The notes: generated by a model not told the origin, from the sequence alone. A stretch of 64,000 nucleotides of DNA from Clostridia bacterium (GCA_017482355.1 JAFUNJ010000009.1:165229-229228), one strand, 5' to 3'. Positions 27,452 to 37,120 are shown, counted from the first letter of the stretch. Made by a program: numbers and translations.

Positions 27452-27706
27452 TTAGAGCTTTCCGAGGTAAGAAAGAACGCAAACTACGATGTTTACGATT
27501 CCGTAAAGATCAAGCGCCAATCCGATAAGCCCGGTGATAATTCCGAGGAACGGGATAACCGACGTGATGAGTGCGCTGATCCAACCGAAGAGCCAACCGA
27601 CTACTGCACAGAAAAGGATCCCGATTACGATCCAAATGATAAGCGAAGCAACGTCACCCTTCTTTGCCTTGAGGCCGAGAGGCCAAAACTTTTTAAGTAA
27701 ATCCAT
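27452..27706 (-). CDS. Small membrane protein (84 aa, two TM segments), uncharacterised
   Basis: ORF with two long hydrophobic stretches. Terminator downstream. No family recognised. Confidence 0.5.
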   Translation of the reverse strand: MDLLKKFWPLGLKAKKGDVASLIIWIVIGILFCAVVGWLFGWISALITSVIPFLGIITGLIGLALDLYGIVNIVVCVLSYLGKL

Positions 27707-27816
27707 AATAAAATACCTCCTGTGTCTATGTAAATATATGGTACATGAATATTATAAATTCTTTTTTAACAAAATGCAATAGTATTGTAAAAATTTTACC
27801 GAAAAAGAAAAAACGG

Positions 27817-27845
27817 TAGACAAGAATGCGAGTATGTAGTATAAT
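27817..27845 (+). promoter_or_regulatory. Candidate SigA-type promoter
   Basis: TAGACA (27817-27822), 17-nt spacer, TATAAT (27840-27845). Confidence 0.45.
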
Positions 27846-27874
27846 TAAGGTAGAAAAGAAAAGGAGAAATTCCC

Positions 27875-28756
27875 ATGGCAGACAAACAGTATCTTGTGGC
27901 TCTTACGAATCAGAGCGAGGGCAGAGTAGACGTGCACGACATTGGAAAGGGAGTTATCGACGAATCCTCACTTGTATGGTCACATCAATACGATCAACCT
28001 TCAATTGCCGGAGTAAAGCTCCGCCGTTATAAAGGACGCAAGGTCGTTCTTACGTCCTACGGACACATGAGCGCGGCCATGGTCGATTACGAGACGCACG
28101 AACAGCTCTACCGAACAGACTGTACGGGCGCAAACCCTCATTCCGTTGAGCTTATTCCTTTTGATGACGGCAGATACCTTATCGCAGTTGCGTCGAGCGT
28201 CGGCTTTGACGTTAAGTTTTTCGATCCCGACAAGGGCGGGGCTGCGTCTGTCGGGTGCGTTTATGCGTTCGATGGACACGGAGTGCTTTACGATCCCGAT
28301 GAAAAGTGTCTCTGGATCCTCAGCGGTAACAATCTCTCTAAAAACGAGATAATATGGGAAAACGGCGAGGTGACCGTCAACCGCCTTGCAAAGTACGAAG
28401 TGCCCTTCGGCGGCGGACACGATCTTGCCCCTTATTACGGAGACAAAAACCGCCTTTGGGTGACCTTCCACCGTACGGTATATCAGTTTGATAAGACGAC
28501 GGGCGAGTTCAGGACCGATTATGATTCTTTCCCTCTTATTCACTCCGAGGAAAGAAACGGTCAGATCAAGGGAATCGGCAATTTCGACGATGGCTCGTGT
28601 GTAAAGATATATCCCGACGGCAAGTGCCATCAGTGGACTTCAACTACGATCCGCTTCATGAGGAAAAAGAAAGACGGAAGCTTTGATAAAACCGCTATCA
28701 CGTCGGAGATGGGACATTACTACAAGATCCGCGTGTTTAACGAGAACTATAATTGA
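27875..28756 (+). CDS. Uncharacterised cytoplasmic protein, repetitive beta-strand-rich (beta-propeller-like?)
   Basis: GGAGAA RBS and no signal peptide. Sequence rich in short strand-turn repeats (LVALT, VVLTSYG, YLIAVASS, LWILSG, LWVTF). No family confidently recognised. Confidence 0.4.
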   Translation: MADKQYLVALTNQSEGRVDVHDIGKGVIDESSLVWSHQYDQPSIAGVKLRRYKGRKVVLTSYGHMSAAMVDYETHEQLYRTDCTGANPHSVELIPFDDGRYLIAVASSVGFDVKFFDPDKGGAASVGCVYAFDGHGVLYDPDEKCLWILSGNNLSKNEIIWENGEVTVNRLAKYEVPFGGGHDLAPYYGDKNRLWVTFHRTVYQFDKTTGEFRTDYDSFPLIHSEERNGQIKGIGNFDDGSCVKIYPDGKCHQWTSTTIRFMRKKKDGSFDKTAITSEMGHYYKIRVFNENYN

Positions 28757-28764
28757 GGACAGAT

Positions 28765-29397
28765 ATGAAAAACATACATCTTTTAGGTAAAAAAATTCTT
28801 TTTGATAAGTCGAAGGTGCTTCTCGACTATAAGCCGAATACAGACTGGCTTGACTATTTCGAGCCGAAAAGCGGAGAGTGGAAATACGAGGACGGCGCTC
28901 TTATCGGAATCGAAAACGGAAACAAGGGAGGAATCCTTTTCACGCGCGATTACTATAATGGTAACGTAATGCTTTCCTTCACCGTCTCGACGATACTTCC
29001 CGCAACCCGCGACCTTAACGCCGTTTTCTGCGCAAATTGGGATGACGAGGTTGACTATCTCGGTCTTTCCTACGTCTGCGGTCTTAACGGCTGGTACGAA
29101 AACAAGGCGGGTCTTGAAAGAAATATCGGCTACGGCGTCGGCTCGAACCTCTATTCGACGACCAGCTTGTATAAATACACCCCCGGCACCGAGGTCAGAA
29201 TGACCTGCGGAGCGATAGACGGTCATTCCTTTATGGTCGTTGACGACGTTCTCGTGTCGGAAATGATAGACCCGAATCCGATAAACGGCGGTCACGTCGG
29301 CTTTTCGGCGTATTGCACGATGCTCCGTATAAAGGACATCGAGGTAAGAGAAATATGCTGGGAGCCGTTTGAGCAGAAGTACGATCCGGAGTTCTGA
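28765..29397 (+). CDS. Uncharacterised protein, DUF1080/LamG-like (concanavalin-type lectin/glucanase fold) suspected
   Basis: ATG 28765 (GAGGA RBS). C-terminal GGHVGFSAYCTMLRIKDIEVRE resembles the G-x-I-x-L-Q...F-R-N-I-x-I ending of the DUF1080 (3-keto-disaccharide hydrolase) family. No signal peptide. Confidence 0.4.
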   Translation: MKNIHLLGKKILFDKSKVLLDYKPNTDWLDYFEPKSGEWKYEDGALIGIENGNKGGILFTRDYYNGNVMLSFTVSTILPATRDLNAVFCANWDDEVDYLGLSYVCGLNGWYENKAGLERNIGYGVGSNLYSTTSLYKYTPGTEVRMTCGAIDGHSFMVVDDVLVSEMIDPNPINGGHVGFSAYCTMLRIKDIEVREICWEPFEQKYDPEF

Positions 29398-29800
29398 TGC
29401 AAACGGAATAAGAGCTAAACCTGCTTTTTTTCGCGATTCATCTGTTGTTCACATATCCATCACAATTGTTTACATTTGATAACAAATAAATGATAATTTA
29501 AGACAAATTTCTTATAGAAGAAAATTCGGTTGCGTGTTATACTAATTTTGCAAAAAAGCGATAAAAAACCATCGAATTTTGGCGTTAATATGTTATAATT
29601 GCAAAAGATTTTCGGTCAAAAGTTAAAAAAACGTTAATTTATCAAAGTTTTTTGTAACAATTGCAAAAAAGCAAAAAGCAGAGTTTTAACATATTGCACA
29701 AGAGATGGTGCGCGTTTTCGCAATGATATGGTTTTAACATTTGCCGTATTGCATACGCAAATGTCAAAATATAAAAAATATTTTCAAAAAGGAGAAAATC

Positions 29801-31264
29801 ATGAAGAAGTTTGTTTTACTTCTTATCGCAGCTTGCATGCTGATCACATGCTTCGCTTGCGGTGGCGGCAAGGACGAAGGCAAAAAAGAGCCCGCATGGA
29901 TAGACGATCCTAATCTGAAGCCGACTGAAAACAAGTGGGAAGACCTCCCCGAATACGACGGAGAAGGTACTGACTTCAGAATCAGCACCAGAGGACACTA
30001 CGGTGCAATGGAGGTCGTTGTTGACGACGAAACGTCCGAAAACATCGTTGACCAGGCGCTCGTTCTCAGAAACTCTAAGGTTGAGGACAGATACAGCGTA
30101 TTTATCGTACGTCAGGATAATGACGGTGCTCAGTACGCTCACCTTAACCAGGTTCTTTCCGACTGTACCATGCAGGCTGATAACTTCGACCTCGCTATGA
30201 CCTACGTCTACGAGAGCGCACCCCTTATCACTAACGGATTCGTTCTTAACTGGAACAATCTTAAGTACAACAAGCTCGAAGAGTCTCACTGGATCCACGG
30301 TATGAACGACGAGTTCTCCGTCCGTGACGCGATCTACACTGCTATTTCCAAGATGTGTATTTCTACTATCGGTCAGACTGTTGCTATGCTTTACAACCGT
30401 GACCTCGGTGACCAGTGGAAGGGCGAAGAGTTCTCTTCTGAACTTATCGAGACGATCAACAACGGCGACTGGACCTACGACGAGCTCATGAAGATCGTAA
30501 ACGACTTCAACTGGGACGACGCTACCGGTGACGGTAAGACCGCAGACGACACTTGCGCATTCTTCATGTCTAAGGACTGGATGATCGATACCTGGCATGC
30601 TGCATGGCAGGTTCCCATGATCAAGAACAGCGTTGAAAACGGTCTTGAGAACGTATACATGAGCCAGAAGCTCCTTGACTATACGAGCAGAATGCACACC
30701 ATGTACTACGAGACTCCCGGTATCTTTACCGGTAACGGAGGAGAAGCTTACACTGCATTTGCTACCGGTAAGTCACTCTTCGTTCAGGCAGGACTTAGCG
30801 CTACTATCGGTTACTTCCAGGAAACGATGACTGACTATACATACACCATCATTCCTCAGCCGAAGTTCGACGAGAACCAGGAGAAGTACTACTCTGCAAT
30901 GACCGATAACTACTCTGTAATGTCTATTCCGATCACTGCAGACGCTGACATCGTTTCTCTCCTCGTTGAAGCACTTTCCATCGCTTCTGAGGCACACGTA
31001 TATCCTGCATACAAGTTCGACGCACTTCAGGGTCAGGTCGTTTCCGACGTTGACTCGATGTTCGACATCGTTCTTGATAGCGTTTCTTGGGACATCGGAA
31101 CACTCCTTCACTCCAAGGTTCCTTTCATGGACATGGTTCGTGTAGACGTTAACTTGAACGAAGGAAACAGCCAGATCCAGCAGTCTTACGATGCTATCGC
31201 GGATGACGTTCAGGACGCTCTTGACGAGATAATGACGGCATTCGACGAATTCCAGGAGAACTAA
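29801..31264 (+). CDS. Extracellular solute-binding-type lipoprotein (large family-1 sugar SBP-like), orphan
   Basis: Start moved to ATG 29801 (AAAGGAG RBS). Lipobox LITCFAC-GGG. Motifs typical of ~500-aa clostridial sugar SBPs: RNSKVEDRYSVFI, NFDLAM, GDWTYDELMKIVNDF..DATGDGKTADDTCAF. No permease or ATPase gene adjacent. Confidence 0.6.
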   Translation: MKKFVLLLIAACMLITCFACGGGKDEGKKEPAWIDDPNLKPTENKWEDLPEYDGEGTDFRISTRGHYGAMEVVVDDETSENIVDQALVLRNSKVEDRYSVFIVRQDNDGAQYAHLNQVLSDCTMQADNFDLAMTYVYESAPLITNGFVLNWNNLKYNKLEESHWIHGMNDEFSVRDAIYTAISKMCISTIGQTVAMLYNRDLGDQWKGEEFSSELIETINNGDWTYDELMKIVNDFNWDDATGDGKTADDTCAFFMSKDWMIDTWHAAWQVPMIKNSVENGLENVYMSQKLLDYTSRMHTMYYETPGIFTGNGGEAYTAFATGKSLFVQAGLSATIGYFQETMTDYTYTIIPQPKFDENQEKYYSAMTDNYSVMSIPITADADIVSLLVEALSIASEAHVYPAYKFDALQGQVVSDVDSMFDIVLDSVSWDIGTLLHSKVPFMDMVRVDVNLNEGNSQIQQSYDAIADDVQDALDEIMTAFDEFQEN

Positions 31265-31397
31265 ATACTGATCAGTAATCGCTGACATCGGAAAAGCGGC
31301 GACGCTGCCCGTTAAACGGCTTGCTGACAACTAAGGGGGGGCGACTAAATGTCGCTCCCCTATTGCATTTTCCCAAATAAAACTAAGGGGAACTGAT

Positions 31398-33746
31398 ATG
31401 AAAAGATTTGTCTCAGTAATACTTATTCTTGTCACTATGCTCGCGCTGTTTGCCTGCGCAAACGGCGGCGACGGAGAGGAAGTTGTTACAACAACGAAAG
31501 AAGTGGTGACGGCCAGACCGAAGGACACTAATAAAAATCCGAACACAACAACGCCCTCGACGACGCAGCCGTCAACGACCGTTCCTGCCGTAACCGAGCC
31601 GCCTATAAAAGGCACGTTAGCGAAATTTAATCTCGGTATCGGAACCGTATCAAGCGGTAATTACCGATTTGCCGCGTACGAGCTTTCCGAAAAAAAGTTT
31701 TACGAGCTTGAAGCAGCAAAAAGATCGACATGGAGCTCCGATTATCCCGGTCATCATATGATCTACCGTCCCGATATTTATACAGTCTCAAAATCTGAGG
31801 GAACCGGAATAGTCGACCTTATGTGTACCGCCAATTACGGTTCCGCAGTAGTGTATACCGCATACGATAACGGAAGCGCTACGATCGTTGCTGAGGCATA
31901 TAAGCTTTGGGCGAACGATGTGAAGCTGGATGTTCTTCTTCTCAAGGGCGACGGAACTGTCCTTGCAGAGGAAAGAAATATCAGTAACAAAAAGAATATT
32001 TCCTTTGAGGAAACTGTAAAGCTTGTCCGCGGAGATATTGTATTTCTCCTCGTAAAATACAGTGATACAAGCAAAAAAGAAAGCGGACAGAACGTAGTTC
32101 TTAAAAAATTCGAGGTTTACTTAGACAAACATAAGGTTAGCCAAACGACGAAGCTTCCGTCGGTGACTGACGATAATATAACCGCGTGGGCTACACATTC
32201 CTACGATAAGATCGTTCTCAATGCGCCGAATAACACCGGTACTACGAAATACACGGTCAATATGGCGAAGAACGAGACCGAGGGCTGTCAGCTCGTCGTT
32301 ATGAACTCGGCTTCGTCGGGTTCGAAGAAAGGCAAGCTAGTTCTTGTGTCTGCGCCCGGCGGATCTATCAGCTCGAGTATGTATATGCTCGATAACTACG
32401 AGACTGTGAACGGAAATCAATATACCGATGCCTGCCGTCCCTATTACGGCACGCAGGTCACGATCGGTGCCGGCTCCGTTCTTCCGTTCCTTATTGAGTT
32501 TACGACATCGGCGGCTACCCCTATGGGTGACCAAAAATACGTTTACGCATTCGTGAACGATAAGGGAAAGGCGGTTGCGCTCTTTGAGGTGACCGTTCAC
32601 GTTTGGAATATCACACTGCCGACCGATAAGACCTTCCGCACCGCGGCGGGACTTGATAACTGGATGGCGGTAGTACACGAGGGTAAGCAGAACGCAAGCG
32701 ACGCCGAGTATCTTGAGCTTTTGAACAGCTATTACGGCTTTATGCTCGAGCATAACTTAAGTCCCTATCACTTGCCGGCGGATATTCTGAATAATTATGC
32801 CGACAAATATATGAGCAATCCCGCAGTCACCTTCTTCCTCGTTCCCTGTATTGGCGACGACGGAAATCTGCTTCCCGACTCGGAGATCCTCAAATATTAT
32901 AAGAAGTTGAAGACAAATAAGACCTGGCTTTCCAAGGCAGTGTTCTATCCTCTTGACGAGCCGCATACGAAGGAGCAGGTCGAAAAATATAACCAGTTCT
33001 GCGAGCACCTTCGCAAGCTTTGTCCCGATATTCCCGTAATCGCGCCTTACTATACGAATTTCAAATGGGAAACGGGCATTTCAGGCGCACTCAGCAAGGA
33101 TGACCAGACGAACCACATGTATAACGATTCGGGTATCTGGTGTCCGAAGCTCTGTCTTTGGGACGACGATCAGGCGTACTATGATTTCGGTAAGTACGTA
33201 AGGCCCGATCAGTCTTATGCCGACAGAATGGAGGCAAAGCGCGCCGAGGGAAGTGAGCTCTGGACTTACGTTTGTAACGATCCCGATGATCCGTATTCAC
33301 AGCTTTTTGTTGATACCTTGGGCCAGAATCAGCGTCTGCTCTTCTGGCAGATATATCAGAGAAATATAAGCGGCTTCCTCTATTGGGGAACCAACAAGTG
33401 GGTTCAGTATAACGATTATACTAAGTTTATCGACCCATGGGAAAGTCTCGATAACGGTCTTGTTGACGCAAACGGCAACAAGGTCATAGGCGAGGGCAAC
33501 ATCTTCTATCCCGGCAAGCCCGCAGGTGTTGAAGGACCGGTTGCTTCTCTGCGTCTAAAGTACATCCGCGACGGTATCGATGATATCGAGCTTATGTATC
33601 TTGCGGAAAAGTATCTCGGCGAAAGCTGGGTGAAGGAAAAGACGAACGGCGCGACATCGTCCCTTACTTCCTTCTCTGATGCGGATACTCTTGCTGCAAT
33701 AAGAAAAGAGATCGGTGACGCTCTCGAAAAGAAAATCAACAAATAA
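31398..33746 (+). CDS. DUF4091/GH123-like putative glycoside hydrolase lipoprotein, paralogue P1, with extra N-terminal domain
   Basis: Lipobox LALFAC-ANGG, a T/P-rich linker, then a ~190-aa unique domain. Shared motif ladder follows: AWATHSYDKI, NETEGCQ, HVWNITLP, MLEHNLSPY, FYPLDEPHT, IWCPKLCLWDDD, WTYVCNDPDDPY, LLFWQIYQRNISGFLYW, GEGNIFYPG, LRLKYIRDGIDDIE. Confidence 0.6.
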   Translation: MKRFVSVILILVTMLALFACANGGDGEEVVTTTKEVVTARPKDTNKNPNTTTPSTTQPSTTVPAVTEPPIKGTLAKFNLGIGTVSSGNYRFAAYELSEKKFYELEAAKRSTWSSDYPGHHMIYRPDIYTVSKSEGTGIVDLMCTANYGSAVVYTAYDNGSATIVAEAYKLWANDVKLDVLLLKGDGTVLAEERNISNKKNISFEETVKLVRGDIVFLLVKYSDTSKKESGQNVVLKKFEVYLDKHKVSQTTKLPSVTDDNITAWATHSYDKIVLNAPNNTGTTKYTVNMAKNETEGCQLVVMNSASSGSKKGKLVLVSAPGGSISSSMYMLDNYETVNGNQYTDACRPYYGTQVTIGAGSVLPFLIEFTTSAATPMGDQKYVYAFVNDKGKAVALFEVTVHVWNITLPTDKTFRTAAGLDNWMAVVHEGKQNASDAEYLELLNSYYGFMLEHNLSPYHLPADILNNYADKYMSNPAVTFFLVPCIGDDGNLLPDSEILKYYKKLKTNKTWLSKAVFYPLDEPHTKEQVEKYNQFCEHLRKLCPDIPVIAPYYTNFKWETGISGALSKDDQTNHMYNDSGIWCPKLCLWDDDQAYYDFGKYVRPDQSYADRMEAKRAEGSELWTYVCNDPDDPYSQLFVDTLGQNQRLLFWQIYQRNISGFLYWGTNKWVQYNDYTKFIDPWESLDNGLVDANGNKVIGEGNIFYPGKPAGVEGPVASLRLKYIRDGIDDIELMYLAEKYLGESWVKEKTNGATSSLTSFSDADTLAAIRKEIGDALEKKINK

Positions 33747-33761
33747 CAAACGGAGGAACAA

Positions 33762-35432
33762 ATGAAAAGATCGCTTTTGATCTTGCTTGCGTTGTGTACG
33801 CTATTTACCTTTACTGCCTGCTCGGAAAGCGTCGTCGGCAAGCCGACGGAGAATGAACCTGTAGACGAAAAGCCGAGCGACGATTTTGAGTTCACTGCGC
33901 CGAACGACAATCCGAAAAGTGACGTTCAGGCGAGCGCGTGGACGGCTCATTCCTATACGAAAATAGCGGCAAACGGCACCGTTCCGACGTCAGCTTCGAC
34001 CTCTTATAAGGTCTATTTGGCAAGGGGTGAAACGGAGGGCTGTCAGGTGGCGGTCCGTACCGAATCAAACTGCACGCTGACGCTTAAATGCACCTATAAA
34101 GAGGATAATGATCTCGATTACGAGGTATTTATCCTTGATACAAATTATGATATAAACGGCGCGATCCTTCCCGATCCGGCGAAGCGATATGCGGAGGGAA
34201 CAAGCTTTGACTTAAAGGCGGGACAGACCCTTCCGTTCCTTATCGAATTTACACCTGCAAGCGGTACGAAGGCAGGGCATTATCCTTACGTTTTCGAGCT
34301 TCGCGATCCGTCAGACAAGACTGTTGCGCAGTTCGTGATAATCGTAAGAGTATGGGATATTACGCTTCCCGAGAAGCTGTCGTATCAAAGCTCGGTCACG
34401 GTATCGAAAAAAGATATTGCAGATTACTTTTCCGTAGGTGAAGAAGAGGTCACCGACGAGATCTATCTTAACTACTACAATCTTCTTCTTGAACACAATC
34501 TGAGTGCAAGAGATCTTCCTTACGATATTCTCGATCCGCGCGCCGATGCTTATATGTCGGATCCTCGTGTTACGGCGTTCAGGGTGCCGCATGATGTTTC
34601 GGACGAAACGCTGGAAGCATATTATAAGAAGCTTAAAACGAATACAAAATGGCTCAAAAAGGCGTTTTTCATGCCGGCAAGCGAGCTTTCCACCGAAGAA
34701 GAAATTGAGGCATTTTGCCTTGAAGCAAAACGTCTTCAGGGCATTTGCAGGGCGATAAAGATCACGTGTCCGATGAATCAGGATGTCCAGATTGATCCTC
34801 GCGGCTGGGACCAAGTCAACGCGATGAAGGGCTGGTGTACCCTCTGGTGTCCGAAGCTATGCCTTTGGGACGACGAGATCTCGTACGGCAAGCACGATTA
34901 CGTTCACAGCATGTCATTTGAAGCGAGAATGAGAAAGATGATGAGCGAAGACTTCGGCGTTTGGACGTACCTTTCTTACACGCCGGGCGAGCCGTATACC
35001 GCGCTTGTGGTCGATCACCCGGGACTTGATCAGCGAGTTGTTTTCTGGCAGCAGTATCAGAGAGGAATTCACGGGTTTATATACTGGTCGTCGACTGCCT
35101 GGAGCGTCTTTAACAAGGTCGATCCGTGGCAGAGCGTTGATACCGGTCTTTACGACGAAAAGGGCAATCACGTTTACGGCGACGGCATCTTATTCTATCC
35201 AGGAGAGAGCGTTTCCGATGCTCCGACGGTATCCTTGCGCATGAAGATAATGCGTGACGGTATCGACGATATCGAGCTTCTCAGGTACGCGGCGCAGACG
35301 CTCGGAAACAAATGGGTGAACGAGTGTGTTAACTCGATATCCTCGTCGCTCACGTCGATAGAAGCGACTGACGACGTTTTCGCACAGATCAGAATCGAAA
35401 TCGGAAGCGCGCTTGAAAAAGCACTTCCGTAA
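33762..35432 (+). CDS. DUF4091/GH123-like lipoprotein, paralogue P2 (divergent; putative catalytic DE replaced by SE)
   Basis: Lipobox LFTFTAC-SES. Motifs AWTAHSYTKI, GETEGCQ, RVWDITLPE, LLEHNLSAR, LWCPKLCLWDDE, GDGILFYPG, LRMKIMRDGIDDIE. However FFMPASELST aligns with FY.IDEP.T, and WTYLSYTPGEPY aligns with W.YVCNDP..PY. Confidence 0.6.
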   Translation: MKRSLLILLALCTLFTFTACSESVVGKPTENEPVDEKPSDDFEFTAPNDNPKSDVQASAWTAHSYTKIAANGTVPTSASTSYKVYLARGETEGCQVAVRTESNCTLTLKCTYKEDNDLDYEVFILDTNYDINGAILPDPAKRYAEGTSFDLKAGQTLPFLIEFTPASGTKAGHYPYVFELRDPSDKTVAQFVIIVRVWDITLPEKLSYQSSVTVSKKDIADYFSVGEEEVTDEIYLNYYNLLLEHNLSARDLPYDILDPRADAYMSDPRVTAFRVPHDVSDETLEAYYKKLKTNTKWLKKAFFMPASELSTEEEIEAFCLEAKRLQGICRAIKITCPMNQDVQIDPRGWDQVNAMKGWCTLWCPKLCLWDDEISYGKHDYVHSMSFEARMRKMMSEDFGVWTYLSYTPGEPYTALVVDHPGLDQRVVFWQQYQRGIHGFIYWSSTAWSVFNKVDPWQSVDTGLYDEKGNHVYGDGILFYPGESVSDAPTVSLRMKIMRDGIDDIELLRYAAQTLGNKWVNECVNSISSSLTSIEATDDVFAQIRIEIGSALEKALP

Positions 35433-35443
35433 GGAGGCATATT

Positions 35444-37108
35444 ATGAAAAAGATCATATCCATTCTTCTTATTGTTTGTACGCTGTTTTCTGTGGTTGCT
35501 TGCGGCGGAAAAAACAGTGACGGTTCAAAAAATAATTCCAATGAAAAGCCAAGCGTAGCGGCAAATATTACCTCCTATGCTACGCATTCCTATAATAAGA
35601 TAATTGCGAACATTAAGCCGAAGGGTAATTTGTCCTCGGATTATACGGTATATATGACAAGGGGCGAGACCGAGGGCTGTCAGCTTGTAATTTACAGTGA
35701 TCAGGCGGTAAAAAAGGTTGAGCTTGTTACCGTTTCGGGTGAAAACGAGAGCATTACGACCGAGTTTTTCTCGATGAACAATACTCACAAAATAGGCGGT
35801 AAACAGTATACAGACTCCACCTTCCCCTATGGTAAGAAGGATATTTCGCTTGAAGTGAAAAAGTCGCTTTCATTCGTTATCGACTTCAAAACGACTGCCG
35901 ATACTCCTGCAGGTGAATATAAGTATGTCTTTGCGATCAACGATGCATCGGGAAAGAAGAGCGTGCAGCTTGCAACCTACAACGTGACGGTTCACGTTTG
36001 GGATATAGTTCTTCCCGAGGAAAAGACCTTTGCAACCTCAGCGGGTATTAATACATATCATATCGGCCGTTTCTACGGCGGCGGTTGCGGTCCTGCTCTC
36101 TACAAGCAGTTCTACGATATGCTTCTTGAGCACAATATCTGTGCTCATACGCTCCCGTACGATATTCTCGACTCTCGCGCAGACGAATATATGTCCGATC
36201 CGCGCGTAACGTCGTTCGTGGTTCCGTCCGCCCCGGATGATCTTTCCGATGAGGAAATACTTGCTTATTACAACAAGCTGAAACAAAATCCCGAATGGCT
36301 CAAGAAGGCGATCTTCTATCCTATAGACGAGCCGTCCACTAAGGAGGATCTTGCAAAATATAAGGAGCACTGCGAGCGCCTTAAGCGCCTTGCCCCTGAA
36401 ATTCCCGTAATTTCCCCCTTCTATACGAATATTCAGATGGAAGAGGGCAAGGACCAGGTCGACTTCATGGATCCCTATACCGATCTTTGGTGTCCTAAGC
36501 TCTGCCTTTGGGACGACAGCCAGTCGTACGATCCCTTCCTCGATTACACTCCGAACAAGACCTTTGCCGATAGAATGGCAGAGATGCAGAGCGAGGGCGA
36601 CAGAATGTGGGCATACGTTTGTAACGATCCCATTGATCCTTACGCACAGCTCTTCATCAATACCGCCGGCGTTGAGCAGCGTCTCATGATGTGGCAGCAC
36701 TATCAGCGCAACATCGAGGGCTTCCTCTACTGGGGAACGACAGCTTGGGGATATAAGACAAATGAGCAGACGACATACAATAACATCGACCCATGGGAGA
36801 CCACCTTCAACGGTGTCCGCGACGGAAACGGCAGCCCCGTTTACGGAGAGGGCTTCCTCTTCTATCCGGCAGGTCTTGATATGAGAATGTTTGAGCCGGT
36901 CTCATCTATCCGTATGAAGATACTCCGCGACGGAATCGACGATATCGAGTTCTTCTACGTTGCAGAGAACGCTCTCGGTAAAGAATGGGTAATGAATTAC
37001 GTAAATCAGGCAACTCCGACTCTTACGAGCTACGTGACTAATGAGCAATTTGCAAATATCAGAATTGAAATGGGCAACGCAGTCGAAGCTGCCCTCAAGA
37101 ATAAATAA
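35444..37108 (+). CDS. DUF4091/GH123-like putative glycoside hydrolase lipoprotein, paralogue P3
   Basis: Lipobox LFSVVAC-GGK. Full motif ladder including GETEGCQ, HVWDIVLPEEKTF, FYPIDEPST, LWCPKLCLWDDSQSY, WAYVCNDPIDPYAQLF, GFLYW, IRMKILRDGIDDIE. Confidence 0.6.
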   Translation: MKKIISILLIVCTLFSVVACGGKNSDGSKNNSNEKPSVAANITSYATHSYNKIIANIKPKGNLSSDYTVYMTRGETEGCQLVIYSDQAVKKVELVTVSGENESITTEFFSMNNTHKIGGKQYTDSTFPYGKKDISLEVKKSLSFVIDFKTTADTPAGEYKYVFAINDASGKKSVQLATYNVTVHVWDIVLPEEKTFATSAGINTYHIGRFYGGGCGPALYKQFYDMLLEHNICAHTLPYDILDSRADEYMSDPRVTSFVVPSAPDDLSDEEILAYYNKLKQNPEWLKKAIFYPIDEPSTKEDLAKYKEHCERLKRLAPEIPVISPFYTNIQMEEGKDQVDFMDPYTDLWCPKLCLWDDSQSYDPFLDYTPNKTFADRMAEMQSEGDRMWAYVCNDPIDPYAQLFINTAGVEQRLMMWQHYQRNIEGFLYWGTTAWGYKTNEQTTYNNIDPWETTFNGVRDGNGSPVYGEGFLFYPAGLDMRMFEPVSSIRMKILRDGIDDIEFFYVAENALGKEWVMNYVNQATPTLTSYVTNEQFANIRIEMGNAVEAALKNK

Positions 37109-37120
37109 GCATTAAACAAA

